From Octopus sinensis (taxonomy: Eukaryota), in the NCBI RefSeq assembly GCF_006345805.1, contig NC_043023.1, positions 4,712,001 to 4,776,000 of the forward strand: DNA of 64,000 nt, given 5' to 3'. Below, one piece after another: positions 50,601 to 62,832 of this stretch. The notes beneath the pieces are model-generated. The model saw only the letters and a program-made list of their open reading frames with translations, did no database searches and was not told where the DNA came from. The position numbers were made by a program, and so were the translations under genes. Each line of letters starts with the position of its first letter. The stretch's first letter is position 1.

Positions 50601-51399
50601 GTGGATGACAGTGATTTTACTTAACTTGACATCTCTTCTCAAGTACAGCAAATCACCACAACTCACAGGACCTTGTCGTTTCCTCAGTCAGGCCCAGCAT
50701 CTGAAGATCTTTTCTCACCACTTTGTCCCACACATTCCTGGGTTTACCCCTTTCACTGGTTCTCTTGAGCCTACACCATCAGATGCTTTGAGCCCTCATG
50801 TAAAGGCTGATGTTGATAACAACATTAAGGTCTTGACTCCCTTCATATAACCTGAAGAAGACATGAATTGCAGACTTTGAAATTCTTGACGGCCAATTCT
50901 CCCTAGAAGGGGTTCAAACTATTTAAAAAGTTTAAGAAATCACAAGATCCAGGTCCAGGTGATATCCTAGCTATCATCATGTGTATCATATATACCTGAC
51001 TGTGCATTAAGTTTGCTTCCCAACGATGTAGTTCCAGGTAGGGCAAATATCTTCTACTATAGCTCCAAGCTTTGTGAGTGAATTTGGTAAACAGAAACTG
51101 AAAGAAGTTGGTTGGCATGAAGCCAGCTTCTTCACTACCCCCCACCATCAGTTGCAGGGGGGACTTTGTCCTGTCTTGCAAGGTACTTGGTGACTTAACT
51201 GGTGCTGGTGTCATGAACAAAGCACCCAGTACAGTCTGTAAAGTGACTAGCATTGGGAAGGGCATTGAGCTGTAGAAACCATGCCAGCACAGACAATAGG
51301 CTTGGCGTAGCCCTTCAGCTTGCAAGCTTTTGCTGAACTATCCAACCTATGCTAGCATGGAGAGTGTGTGTTAAATGATGATGATGACAATGATTATAA

Positions 51400-51612
51400 A
51401 CATACCTGTCCAGCATTTGCCATGATAGATTGCTAGCCACTACACATTCTTTGTTTTCTCTCCTTGTTTCTTTCTGTGTTCCTTTCTGTGGAAGAGCATA
51501 GGTTTGAAACGTTAAAGACTTTTTCATTTCTTGAGCATTATACTAATACATCTGTTTGTTGTCTACACCACCTGTCTTCGTCTTTTGTTTTTTTTTGTGA
51601 ATTCTCCCTATA
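51400..51612 (+). mobile_element. Penelope pLTR tail (family H2, degenerate hammerhead)
   Basis: CCTTT-CTGTGGA-A-GAGCATAGGTTT-GAAA-CGTT-AAAGA at 51481-51518; homologous to 38077-38330. Confidence 0.75.
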
Positions 51613-51721
51613 TATATTGGAGCCTGGTGCATCCATCTGGCTCACCAGTCCTCAGTCAAACCGTCCAACCCATACCAGCATGGAAAGCGGATGTTAAATG
51701 ACGATGATGATCATGATCATG

Positions 51722-51766
<45 letters not shown>

Positions 51767-51769
51767 CTC

Positions 51770-52175
51770 TTTTACTCTTTTACTTGTTTCAGTCATTTGA
51801 CTGCAGCCATGCTGGAGCACCGCCTTTAATCGAGCAACTCGACCCCGGGACTTATTCTTTTGTAAGCCCAGTACTTATTCTATCGGTCTCTTTTGCCGAA
51901 CTGCTAAGTTACGGGGACATAAACACACCAGCATCGGTTGTCAAGCAATGCTAGGGGGACAAACACAGACACACAAACACACACACGCATATATATATAT
52001 ATATATAGATATACGACGGGCTTCTTTCAGCTTCCGTCTACCAAATCCACTCACAAGGCATTGGTTGGCCCGAGGCTATAGTAGAAGACACTTGCCCAAG
52101 GTGCCATGCAGTGGGACTGAACCTGGAACCATGTGGTTCATAAACAAGCTACTTACCACACAGCCACTCCTGCAC
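51770..52175 (-). mobile_element. CORE-type SINE family A, full length
   Basis: Matches the consensus. Confidence 0.9.
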
Positions 52176-52176
52176 C

Positions 52177-52208
<32 letters not shown>

Positions 52209-52452
52209 CCGGAGTAAACACATAAATGTGAAACAAGGTGGAAAAAAGAGTACTCAAATACCAGTGCTAGAGTAATATGCTTTATTTAAAGCAGTAGAAA
52301 ATTCAACAAAACCTGTTACTCTGAGTTTCATGTTGCCGTTCGCCAGACAGTTTTTGCTAGAAAAAACTGTCTAGCAAAAACTGTCCGATGAATGGCAACG
52401 TGAAACTCAGAGTAACGGGCTTTGTTGAATTTTCTGCTGCTTTAAATAAAGT
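52209..52452. mobile_element. Inverted pair of hammerhead-bearing tails (family H5) in (TA)n
   Basis: Arms 52280-52360 and 52371-52451. Minus HHR at 52313-52350 (CUGU-CUGGCGA-ACG GCAA CAU-GAAA-CUCAGAG-UA-ACAG); plus HHR at 52381-52418 (CUGU-CCGAUGA-AUG GCAA CGU-GAAA-CUCAGAG-UA-ACGG). A partial copy lies at 54527-54627. Confidence 0.75.
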
Positions 52453-52471
52453 ATATATATATATATACATA

Positions 52472-54005
52472 CAGGGTCTTGTAGATAAATTGAGACACTT
52501 TTGACAATGCATAAAACTGGTTGTAAATACTAAAATAATGGTAGTAGACAAATATAATTTTAATGTAACATTTCATCATCATCATAATCATCATTTAGCG
52601 TCCGCTTTCCATGCTAGCATGGGTTGGACGGTTTAACTGGGGTCTGTGAAGCCAGAAGGCTTCATCAGGCCCAGTCAGATTTGGCAGTGTTTCTACGGCT
52701 GGATGCCCTTCCTAACGCCAACCACTCCGTGAGTGTAGTGGGTGCTTTTTACGTGCCACCTGCACAGGTGCCAGACAGAGCTGGCAAACGGCCACGAACG
52801 GATGGTGTTTTTACGTGCTACCATCACAAGGGCCATTTATTACAACAAAAACATTTATCACTCAATATGGCTACCCTTTTGGGCAATTACTGCCTCCACA
52901 AGAGAACAAAATTCTTTTGAAGGTGCAGCAACTTCCTCCTTTTGGTTTTGTGTGTCGCATGCACAATGCAGGTCTTCAAACTGTTGACACTCAAATCTGG
53001 TGAAGCATTTGTCCTTGCTTGAAGCACGCCCCATAAAAAGTAATCAAGAAGGTAATACTGGGCCAGATGTTGGCCCTCACTAAAAATGGAACCTTGTCAC
53101 CAAGGAAGGCTTTGTGTTGCTTTTAACCCATGGCATGATACAGAATCCTGAATAAGCACCACATTGTCAAGCCCAAACTTCTGCTCCATCCAAAGTAACA
53201 GAGATTTCTTCAAGATTTCCAGATATTCCTTTGTGCCAATCTTCAAGCTAGACTCAAAGAAGTGTGGATCCATGACACTTCCATTACTTGCCACAGCTCC
53301 AAATACCATCATAGAGGCAGGATTCTTAGTCTCAAACACAGTGGGGACATCAAAAGGGTTGCATGCAATCACTTGAGGATTTCTGCAATTCAGCTCAGCA
53401 TCCACAGTGAACGTCTCATCCACAAACAAGAGTTTTTCCTGCACTTTGATTTTTGAGGAATGGCAGAAGCTTTGGGCATCTCTTGGCTCTGATTACTTTG
53501 GCTTTGGCTGTTAGGCGGTGACAGCAGCTAGTGATATAGCTAGTCATGCCAAGGTTCCTGTTCACAGCTCTGGACACCATGGAAAGGGACACATTGCGCT
53601 TCTTTGCAAGTGTTGTCATGGGTGGGGATGGGTTGGCTTCAATTGAGCGTTTGAGGCCAGTGAGAAACTTTGGATTGCATTTAGAATCACTTTGAGTCTT
53701 GTGTTCTTTTCTATCAATCTTTTCCACTTCTTTAAATTGTTTACACACATGATAAACTGTTGCTTTTGGATGTTTCATCAACTTAACAATTTTATTGCCG
53801 GTGTGCCCAGCACACTCCAAAACAACAATGGTAGAATGGTTCTGTTGTTCCATGACTTTCTGTTGTCGAATCAGTTCACAATTTACCTGAAAAATTAAGT
53901 GGAGGATTAGATTTTCAAGTAAGCAAGGTTTTATCAAAATGTGAGATGTTAACCCCACTAAGTCAACTGCTTACAATTGGTCTCAATTCATCTGCACTCT
54001 ATCTG
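52472..54005 (-). mobile_element. Tc1/mariner (maT/DD37D-like) element, decayed, with an RTE tail inserted at ~52575-52810
   Basis: TIR-like ends share TG(T/C)AGAT(A/G)AATTGAGAC; FVDETFTV...TKNPASMMVFGAVASNG...LIQDSVSCH. Confidence 0.85.
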
Positions 54006-54320
54006 TTATGGTGTTGAGAGTTCCAGTTGATCCAATCAGCAGAACAGCCTGCTCATGAAATTAGTGTACAAGTGGCTGAGTATTACACAGATATATATAC
54101 CCTTAACATACTTCTCAGAGAGATTCAGCATGACACAGAATGTGACAAGGTTGGATCATTTAATTACAGGTACAATTCATATTTGCCAGCTGACTGCACT
54201 GGAGCAATGTGAAATAAAGTGTCTTGCTCAAGGACATGATGCACTGCTGGGAATTGAACTCATAACCTTGTGATTATGAGCCAAATGCCCCTAACCACTA
54301 AACCAAGCACCTTCACATAT
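54005..54320 (-). mobile_element. tRNA SINE family B
   Basis: Reverse-complement homologue of 4039-4357. Confidence 0.8.
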
Positions 54321-54480
54321 GTATTACTCATTTACTCTTTTATGCGTTTCAGTCATTTGATTGCAGCCATGCTGGAGCACCACCTTTAGTTGAAGAAATC
54401 AACCCCAGAACTTATATATATATATATATATATATATTTAATTAGGTGAATGAATTATCCTATGTTTATCGTCAGCATGG

Positions 54481-54528
<48 letters not shown>

Positions 54529-54689
54529 GGAGTAAACACATAAATGTGAAACAAGGTGGAAAAAAGAGTACTCAAATACCAGTGGTAGAGTAATATGCTT
54601 TATTTAAAGCAGCAGAAAATTCAACATATAAAAGTCCTTAAGTCAGGAAAAAGATTCACTCATATATCTACCAGTTGAATGGATATATT

Positions 54690-54985
54690 ATCCAAAGTGT
54701 ACCATATTATATATCCATCATGACTGATCTTACCACTCAGTTTCATATTAGGAGTACAACAGAGTGTTAGGTAACAATCCAATTATATAACTCTATGCTC
54801 ATCAGAGGTAGCCAATATGCAATGAAATATGGCGACTCACCATATTTCCTTACATATCAGCTACCTCTGATCAGTGAAGGGTTATATAATTGGATTGTTA
54901 CCTAACACTGTTGTATCTCTAGCATGAAACCGATTGGTAAGATCAATCGTGATGGATATATAATACTGTATACATTGGATAATGT
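54690..54985. mobile_element. ~300-bp fold-back made of two inverted hammerhead-bearing arms (family H6b)
   Basis: Arms pair around GAAATATGG-CGACTCA-CCATATTTC. Minus 54729-54808: CCU-CUGAUGA-GCAUAGAG...-GAAA-CUGAGUGG-UA-AG. Plus 54865-54941: CUGAUCA...GAAA-CCGAUUGG-UA-AG. A single-arm copy lies at ~56820-56960. Confidence 0.65.
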
Positions 54986-55079
54986 GTGTGTGTGTGTGTA
55001 TTTATTTATTTATTGATTTATTTATTTTGCTTATATATACATACATTGCTTAGACATTGCATATTCTTCAGAATGAAGT

Positions 55080-55460
55080 GTTAATCAAGTACAGAGTAAT
55101 AATAATAAAATAAGATGACAAAGGAATAATCAATTGTCTTATGAGTTTCATTAGCTTACAGCTGTTTCTGCTATAAGATGCTGTGAGCTCATAGTTGAGT
55201 GCCTGGGTAACACCTTTCAGTTTCAATGGACCCTCGAATATGAAGTACAATTTATTAGGGGAAAGAATTACATTTATGCATATATATATATATAGGGAAA
55301 AGCTTTACCAACAAGAGACCACTTCATATTCGAAGCTCTAATGAAGTTATAAGGTGTTACTCAGGCTCTCAACTATGAGTGCACTGCCTCTTATAGCAGA
55401 AACAGCAGTAAGCTAATGAAGGTCATAAGATAATCGTTCGGTCCTTTGTCTTCTCATTTT
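55080..55460. mobile_element. Inverted pair of hammerhead-bearing repeats (family H6) around a (TA)n spacer
   Basis: Plus 55334-55414: AGCU-CUAAUGA-AGUUAUAAG...CUUAUAGCA-GAAA-CAGCAG-UA-AGCU. Minus 55153-55233 has the perfect palindrome ACAGCUGU but an eroded 5' core. Confidence 0.6.
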
Positions 55461-55826
55461 TATTATTTCTGCTCTATATTCATCTAACGATTTGTTCTGA
55501 AACATACATATATTGAGTGCTACACCAGGCTATTAGCTTTGCAATGCCTAAGCAATATATATATCCTATGGATATGGTGAGGTGATCCCACAAAAATACA
55601 TGTAATGCTGAAACATATGTAGCAATGCATTAATAAAAATATAAAATCTCCATCTATGAAGAATTTCTCATTATTAATAAATTACACAGAATACTGCATA
55701 CATAAAACTATACAATTAACTCAGCATGTTGGGAATAATATACAGTAGTCAGCAACAATTTACATAGGAGCTTTTATGAGCACACTGGGAGACATCTGCC
55801 ACAAAATACAAAGATATGTGTATATA

Positions 55827-56742
55827 TTGAGTCATCCCATAAATAATGCGGTTCTTTATACTTCTTTTATTTTTCAAAATTAAGATAAAGTTCTTTTTTA
55901 ATCTAAAAACTACTCTCCTTCATTTTCTACAATGTTCTTCGATCTATCTGGTAGACTTGCAAAGCTCCTCTTCCAAAATTCACTTGTCCATGATGAAAAA
56001 TTCTCCAGTACTGTTCTGACCTCATCTACAGAATTTATATTTTTTTCTGTACAAATGATTTTGAAAACTGCAGAATATATGATGACCAGATGGGGCAATG
56101 TCTGGTGAATATGGTGGGTAGGGCATCGCTTCCCATTCAGACTGCTCCAGCCTTTGGAATGTCATCCTCACTGTATGTGGCTGAACATTATCCTGATGGA
56201 AGAACACCTTTCATTTTGAAACCAAAGATGGTCATTTTTCTTCTTGTGCTGCCTTGAATGACTGGTTGAATGACCAAATCCAAGCTTCTCTGCTAGTTCC
56301 TCAACCTGTACAATAGGATTTTCTTCCACCAGGATTTGCAGGATGTCACCATTGAGCTCTATAGATCTTCCAGTATGAGGCTTGTCTTGTAGGCTGTAGT
56401 TTCTGGCTCAGAATTTCTGGAACCACCGTTGACATTGGCTTACACTTATTGTCCGATCCCCTTATACTGCATTAATAATCCTCATACTTTCCATTGTGTT
56501 GTTGCCTTTATTGAACTCATAAAGCAAAATATGCCAAATATGCTCCTTTGTCCCTTCCATTATAGCTTTGAAAAAATAAATGTTAAAATCGAACTGTGCT
56601 CTTCAAAACTTGCACTAAGAATAAGACAAGGTAAAATTACTACCTGCTTTTATGGTAAGTTGATGCAGGTTGATCCTGTCTCCTTCCGACTTTTAGTCCA
56701 TGTGATTGAAAAAAAAAACGCATTATTTATGGGATGACCCAA
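55827..56742 (-). mobile_element. Internally deleted mariner (DD34D type)
   Basis: TIRs TTG(A/G)GTCATCCCATAAATAATGCG with TA flanks; FHQDNVQPH, YPPYSPDIAPSGHHIF. Confidence 0.9.
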
Positions 56743-57214
56743 TAAAGCCATCTAAGAATCTATAAATCAGGGGAAAAATGCACTCATATATGTGTCAGTA
56801 GTGCGGGCATATTATTTGAAGTGTACAGTATTATATATTCATTACGGCCAAGCTAAGCAATCAGTTTCGCACTAGGGGTTTAACAGAGTGTTAGGTTACA
56901 ATTATGTAACCCTGTGCTTTTTAGAGATGGTAGTTATGGAATGAAATATGGTGACTGCTTTCTATTGTTGGAAGTGAACAGACACGGTTTAAGTTAAGAG
57001 TTATGTCCCTTGGTACTAAAACCACCATCTCTGGCAGGTGTTGTCAGTTGGCAAATGTTTTCAGGAAAAGAGTTTATGGAAGATCTTTAAGATTGATGCT
57101 CTTGTTGAAATGAAATGTGTGTAGTGGTACTATATGTATAGCATTTGTGAGGGAAGTGGGGTTCAAAGGCCTCATATATATCTGTGTTCGTTAGTGTGTC
57201 TTCTCTCTCTTTAC

Positions 57215-57608
57215 TCTTTTACTCTTTTACTTGTTTCAGTCATTTGACTGTGGCCATTCTGGAGCACCGCCTTTAGTCGAACAAATCGACCCCAGGACTT
57301 ATTCTTTGTAAGCCTAGTACTTATTCTATCGGTCTCTTTTGCAGAACTGCTAAGTGACGGGGACGTAAACACACCAGCTTCGATTGTCAAGCGATGTTGG
57401 GAGGGACAAACACAGACACACTAACATATACAGACACATATATACGACGGGTTTCTTTCAGTTTCCGTCTACCAAATCCACTCGCAAGGCTTTGGTCAAC
57501 CCAAGGCTATAGTAGAAGACACTTGCCCAAAGTGCCACGCAGTGGAACTGAACCCAGAACCATGTGGTTGGTAAGCAAGCTACTTACCACACAGCCACTC
57601 CTGTGCCT
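57215..57608 (-). mobile_element. CORE-type SINE family A, full length
   Basis: Matches the consensus. Confidence 0.9.
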
Positions 57609-57849
57609 ATTTTGTTTTGGTTAAATTCTTAGGGTGTTTATGTATGCATGCAGTGTGTGTGTGGGGGAGGAATACAATATGTGTGGAGGCTTATATTGGA
57701 CGTGGTGAAAAATGGTCTATCAGTTGAATTTCTACTGTGTTAGGGCGTGTGTGTGTTTGTGAGTGCATTTGTGTATGTTCTGGTCAAACTCTACAGGATT
57801 CACAAGTATTAGTGGTGGGAGAGCAAAAGCTGTGGGACTGGAGATTATA

Positions 57850-58400
57850 GTCATGATGGGGCATGCATGTATGATAGGATGTACTTCCTTGCATGTGGGC
57901 AAGAATTAAAAATTTTACTTCAGCTGTTTAGGTGGATGCCAGTGTGCTGGGAGTCTTTAATATTGGCCTTTTATCAATTAGGCATAATCTACACTTCCTG
58001 TTGCTATTGAAGTACACTTTACATTTCCCTAGAACCCTCCACTTTATGCTCTACTTGGTGGTGCTTTCTTTCAATGACCATATGTGCATGGTCAGGGTTG
58101 TGGTATTACATATCTCTGGGATACTGAAGGAGGACTTGTAGTTGTTGTAGTGGGTTCTGAAGGGGCTTTCAGTGACTGCCATGTACTTTCGTGCCTTTGG
58201 TTGGCCATTTGGTCCTATTCCTGTTACCTCAGTCTCATATAAGACGGTTCCTGTATTACAGTAGCTTTTTAGGGGACATGCTGTGTTATGCTTACATGAG
58301 TATCTCAGGTGTCGGCCTATCTACTAAAATCTCATTTTACGTTAGGCGCATAGCTAAAGGAAACTCTCAGAGAGGGACTATTATATATTTTACTGAACCT
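57850..58400 (-). pseudogene. PLE GIY-YIG remnant of a second clade (Neptune/Nematis-like CCHH type)
   Basis: RVSFSYAPNVK, CKHNTACPLKSYC...VLYETEV...KYMAVTESPFRTHYNNYKSSF, TTLTMHIWSLKE...IKWRVL...CRLCLIDK...NSCPHARK. Confidence 0.7.
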
Positions 58401-58404
58401 ATTT

Positions 58405-58530
58405 GTACAGCGTAGGCTCGAAACGTAAAAGACTTTTTCTGTTCCTGAGCGTTATACTAATACATCTGTTTGTTTTGTGCAACACCTGTCTTCGTCTTGT
58501 GCTTTTCTTTTCGTAAACTCTCCCTATATA
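58405..58530 (+). mobile_element. Penelope pLTR tail fragment (H2, 3' half of the hammerhead only)
   Basis: AGCGTAGGCTCGAAACGTAAAAGAC...CTGAGCGTTATACTAATAC matches the 38077-38210 tail. Confidence 0.7.
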
Positions 58531-58549
58531 TATAAATACATATATTTAT

Positions 58550-58712
58550 ATAAGGCTTCTTTCAGTTTCTATCTACCAAATCTACTCACAAGGCTTTGGT
58601 TAGCCCGAAGCTATAGTAGAAGATACTTGCCCAAGGTGTCACGCAGTAGGACTGAACCCGGAACCATGTGGTTGATAAGCAAGCTACTCACCACACAGCC
58701 ACTCCTGCACCT
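58550..58712 (-). mobile_element. CORE-type SINE family A, head half
   Basis: Matches the consensus. Confidence 0.8.
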
Positions 58713-58773
58713 ATATATAACAAATTAAAAAGGGTGGCTTATTAGTAATTAGAACCTAAAGGCAAAATTAATA

Positions 58774-58950
58774 GGGGTCACAAAAGTGACAGAGGGTACT
58801 GACTAGCACTGCTTTTGCTAAAGATAATAGTTAAACTTACTCAAAAGCTACAAAGCCGCAAAGACAGTGCGTATGTGGATTCTGAGTTAGTTTAACTATT
58901 ATCTTTAGCAAAAGTGGTGCTACTCAGTACCCTCTGTAATTTTTGTGACC
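58774..58950. mobile_element. MITE with ~70-bp TIRs and TA flanks
   Basis: GGTCACAAAAGTGACAGAGGGTACTGACTAGCACTGCTTTTGCTAAAGATAATAGTTAAACTTACTCA mirrors 58882-58950. Confidence 0.8.
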
Positions 58951-59359
58951 TACACACACACACACACACACACACACAAATACGCACACACACACACACA
59001 CACACACGCACATAAATACGCACACACACGCAAATACACAAATAGTGCCTGGCAGCAGTTATTGTAAGGGAGATAATCGCTTCTAGATAAGCCATGACGG
59101 AGTTGGAAAGCTTGAATTTTTAAATCAAAAAGCCGCAAAGATACACAGACAACGTAAACTTAATACCTTTTTTTCTTTTCGTTAAATGATCCTAAATATT
59201 TTTTAATCACTGATAGCCATTTATGATGCTGTTTTATGCACACATACATACATACATATATTCATACATACACACATACATACATATATACATGCATACA
59301 TATATATACATTACATACATACATACATACATTCATATATACATACATACATTCATACA

Positions 59360-59392
<33 letters not shown>

Positions 59393-59395
59393 CTT

Positions 59396-59474
<79 letters not shown>

Positions 59475-59476
<2 letters not shown>

Positions 59477-59765
59477 AGGTGCAATGGCCTAGTGGTTCAG
59501 GCAGCGGACTCGCAGTTGTAGAATCGTGGTTTCGATTCCCAGACCGAGCGTTGTGAGTGTTTATTGAGCGAAAACTCCTAAAGCTCCATGAGGCTCCAGC
59601 ATAGGGTGGTGGCGATCCCTGCTGTGCTCTTTTGTCCAGCTCTCTCTCACTCTTTCTTCTGTTGGCCTGCTCGTTTAGCCAGCGGGGTGGCGTCATTTGA
59701 AGGCTAAAACTATGTGAAGCGCATTGTGACCAGCGATGTGTAGCAACATCTGATAGCCTGGTCGA
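59475..59765 (+). mobile_element. tRNA-head SINE family C
   Basis: Box A GGCCTAGTGGTTCAGG, box B GGTTTCGATTCCC; body as at 20350-20625. Confidence 0.8.
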
Positions 59766-59829
59766 TCATGGTGATATATATATATCATCATACATATATA
59801 TATATATATGTATGTATGTGTGTGTGTGT

Positions 59830-60055
59830 ATATGTTTGTGTGTCTGTGTTTGCCCCCCCCCCCCCCCAACACCACTTGACAACCGATGCTGGTGTGTTTA
59901 CGTCCCCATAACCTAGTGATTTGGCAAAAGAGACCGATAGAATAAGTACTAGGCTTCCAAGGAATAAGTCCTGGGGTCGATTTGCTCAACTAAAAAAGGC
60001 GGTGCTCCAGTATGGCCACAGTTAAATGACTGAAACAAGTAAAAGAGTAAAAGAG
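59830..60055 (+). mobile_element. CORE-type SINE family A, tail half
   Basis: Matches the consensus. Confidence 0.8.
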
Positions 60056-60059
60056 ACTG

Positions 60060-62489
60060 GCCATTCCATCGGGTTTTACCAGAGTGGGTCTAGAGTAGGC
60101 AGCACAACTGGCCTTCGTAAATGGCTTTCCTGACAACATATCAGTGCAGCTGCAACAACTGGCAGGCAGTGAGAAAACTGCCATGGAGTGACAGCAACCA
60201 TTCATGGGTGGGTGCTTCAAGTGCCAGGGACTGAACATATCAGTGACAAAGCCTGAACCTGTTTGCTACCAGTGCAGGCAGACTAGGCATATTGCTTGAA
60301 ACTGCAGCCAGGAAAAAGGCCACGGGGAGGTTGCTGCCTCTCAAACTTCTGCCATGGCCAAGTAGAGGGGCTCATGCAGTAATTGCCTGCAGTTGAAGTC
60401 TTGGTTGTGGGAAAGGCATTCAAAACCCTTATGGATACAGGCTGTACAATATTTCTTGTGACTTCAGGGGTGACAAAAAATGGAAGGGGACAAGTAGTGA
60501 TTGGGCAGCTGACAGCAGTAAAATTGGACATAAGGTAGCAGTGACATGGAGATAGCAGTGTGGGGCACAACACTGAGGCTGCTGGCAATTGTGGTCAACC
60601 ATGTGGTAGACGGAATTGACATGGTGATGGGCATGGCACTGATCAACTGCCTTGGAAATGTCAGTGTTGGTGGAGATGTGGTTTCATTTGGTGGTGCATG
60701 GGCATCATGCATTGTGAGTCAGCAACATGAGAGGGGACGGAGCTCAGCGAGGGATTATCCTGCTTACACCATTGAGGACAAAGATTTCTGGGTGGTGTTT
60801 GACAATCAGTGGTGGATGGTAGAGTAGCACTGGAAAGGGGAGCCCCTGATGCTCGAGAACAGGCTGGGCTGCTACCAGCATATCTTGAAAGGACATGCCA
60901 GGGGTGAGTTTGAAGGAGAGGTTGAGAGGTTGATTAAGGAGGGTATCCTTATCCTGTGGAGGAGGCATTAATGAGCAAGGTGCTAGCACTAATAGCAGCA
61001 GTGCAGTCAACAAAGGGCAAAGTCAGGCTGGTACTGGACTTTCAAGAGATGAATGGCCATGTATCATGCCACATGGGCAGCGAGGTGACTGATGTCTGTG
61101 GCAAGACACTGCATGAATGGAGACAGATGATGAGGGCAGCCATACTTGTCAACTTGAAGTTGGCATATCTGTAAACAGTGATAGTATCAGCTGGTGTGAC
61201 ACAAGGGCCAGACATTCTGTTTAACTAGGCTGGATTTGGGGCTAAATTCTGTGCTGAAGATCATAGCAACAGTGCTCAAATCTATCCCGGGAAAGGCGGA
61301 CAAGATAAAAACAGGCCACCAATTCCTATATAGACAACATCTTGGTAGATGAGACTGTAATGTCTGCCGCAGAGGTCATAAGTCATCTGAAGAAGTTCAA
61401 GCTGACTGAAAAGCCACCTGAGCCAATGGTTGGAGGAGCTGCACTGCGACTCAAGTTTCAAAGAGATAAAACACGTGTATTGGTGTCTTGGAGGGGGGAA
61501 TGAGATCACAGAACTGGGTACCGGCATCAACAGGGAAGAACTATTCTTAATGTGTGGAAGACTAGTGGGTCACTACCCAATTGCAGGGTGGCTACAAACA
61601 GCATGCAGCTACATCAAGAAATGAGCAGAAAGGGCAAACTCGGAAGATAAAGTGGGAGAGGGGACAGTAACAATGATGTGGCAGATCATGGAGAGGGCAA
61701 GAGCAGAAGACCCAGTAAGAGGAAACTGGTACATGCCCAAATTGGAGAATTGGAGAATAGCGATAGAGGTTTTACTGGTAATTGGAAGCATCAAAGTGAA
61801 GGACGTAACCTGGCTTTGAAAAGCAGATGATTTCAACCAAATAATGTGGCTGAGTTGGACTCAGTACATTCCAGTACAATGTGTCACCCTGATCAGGACA
61901 GGGAAGAGTCCATGACACACAGAGTGATATTCACATATGAATGGTGGCATCCGAATAAACCATCAAAATGCCTGCAGAAGAGAGAGGGCCTGCCTTCATG
62001 CAGGTGAGGGATGGAGTCTGGGTCAAGCCCTGAAGACATGCTGCACATCTCAGTGGAAAAGAGGAACGGAACAGTGATGACTGTTAATTCCAAAAATAAC
62101 GTTTCTGTGGATGGAATGTCACATTATGTCTCAGATATTCACATAATTGTGACTTCATTGGACGACGAAAGTGGAGGAGGGGCAGAGAGCAAAGCTCCCT
62201 CCCGGTGGAGATCACAGCATGTGAGGCATCCACCTGGGTGGATGGCAGATTTTGACAAAGAGTGAAGTGAGGGGGTGATCTTTGAGATCAGTGGGGCATG
62301 TGAGGATGAGATGAACCAGAAGGAAAGGGCTGTGACATCAACAGACAAGGGGCCCCACTGTAACATGAAGTGGGAGAGAAGAAGTGAGGGAAGCAGGTCC
62401 AGGGTCATGCTCTTTCAGCCTGGGGCAGTCGTGAAGAATGGATGCAAGTGGAGAGAGTTAGCAGGCATTGGTAGTAGCAGCTGCTAACA
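60060..62489 (+). mobile_element. Decayed Gypsy LTR retrotransposon (gag knuckles, protease, RT remnants, probable 3' LTR 62299-62489)
   Basis: CFKCQG and CYQCRQTRHIA knuckles, LMDTGCT protease, VRLVLDFQEMN, YIDNILV; purine-rich tract then TG...CA. Confidence 0.75.
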
Positions 62490-62832
62490 TTAGGTGAGAC
62501 AGGTAGGGCACGTGTTTGGACTTAACACTACTGGACAACCAATGAAAGGTAGGTAAACTGTAATTTATTCCCTACATTACAATTCCCTCGTACTACAAAA
62601 CAGAAATAATTATAGAGCTTGGAGAGAGGCATGATTACTTCATATACTCATGGTTTCAGATATGAGTTGCAAATGTTGGTGAAGACTGGGATTATTCTCC
62701 CTTGCTTTGTATATAAGTGTTTGTGGATAAGGTTGATATCCAGGAAATGCTGATTAAGGTATCTGATTGGTGTTGCAGTGCGGGTAAAATATTTGATATT
62801 GTTACTGTAACCTGTGATTATACAGACACACA

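Noticed and set aside
50850-50890. CTGAAGA...GAAA string
   Set aside because: No credible helix II, helix III or helix I.
54440-54485. Minus-strand CTGACGA in a short insert between (TA)n tracts
   Set aside because: Truncated before any GAAA; it may be a hammerhead fragment but cannot be supported.
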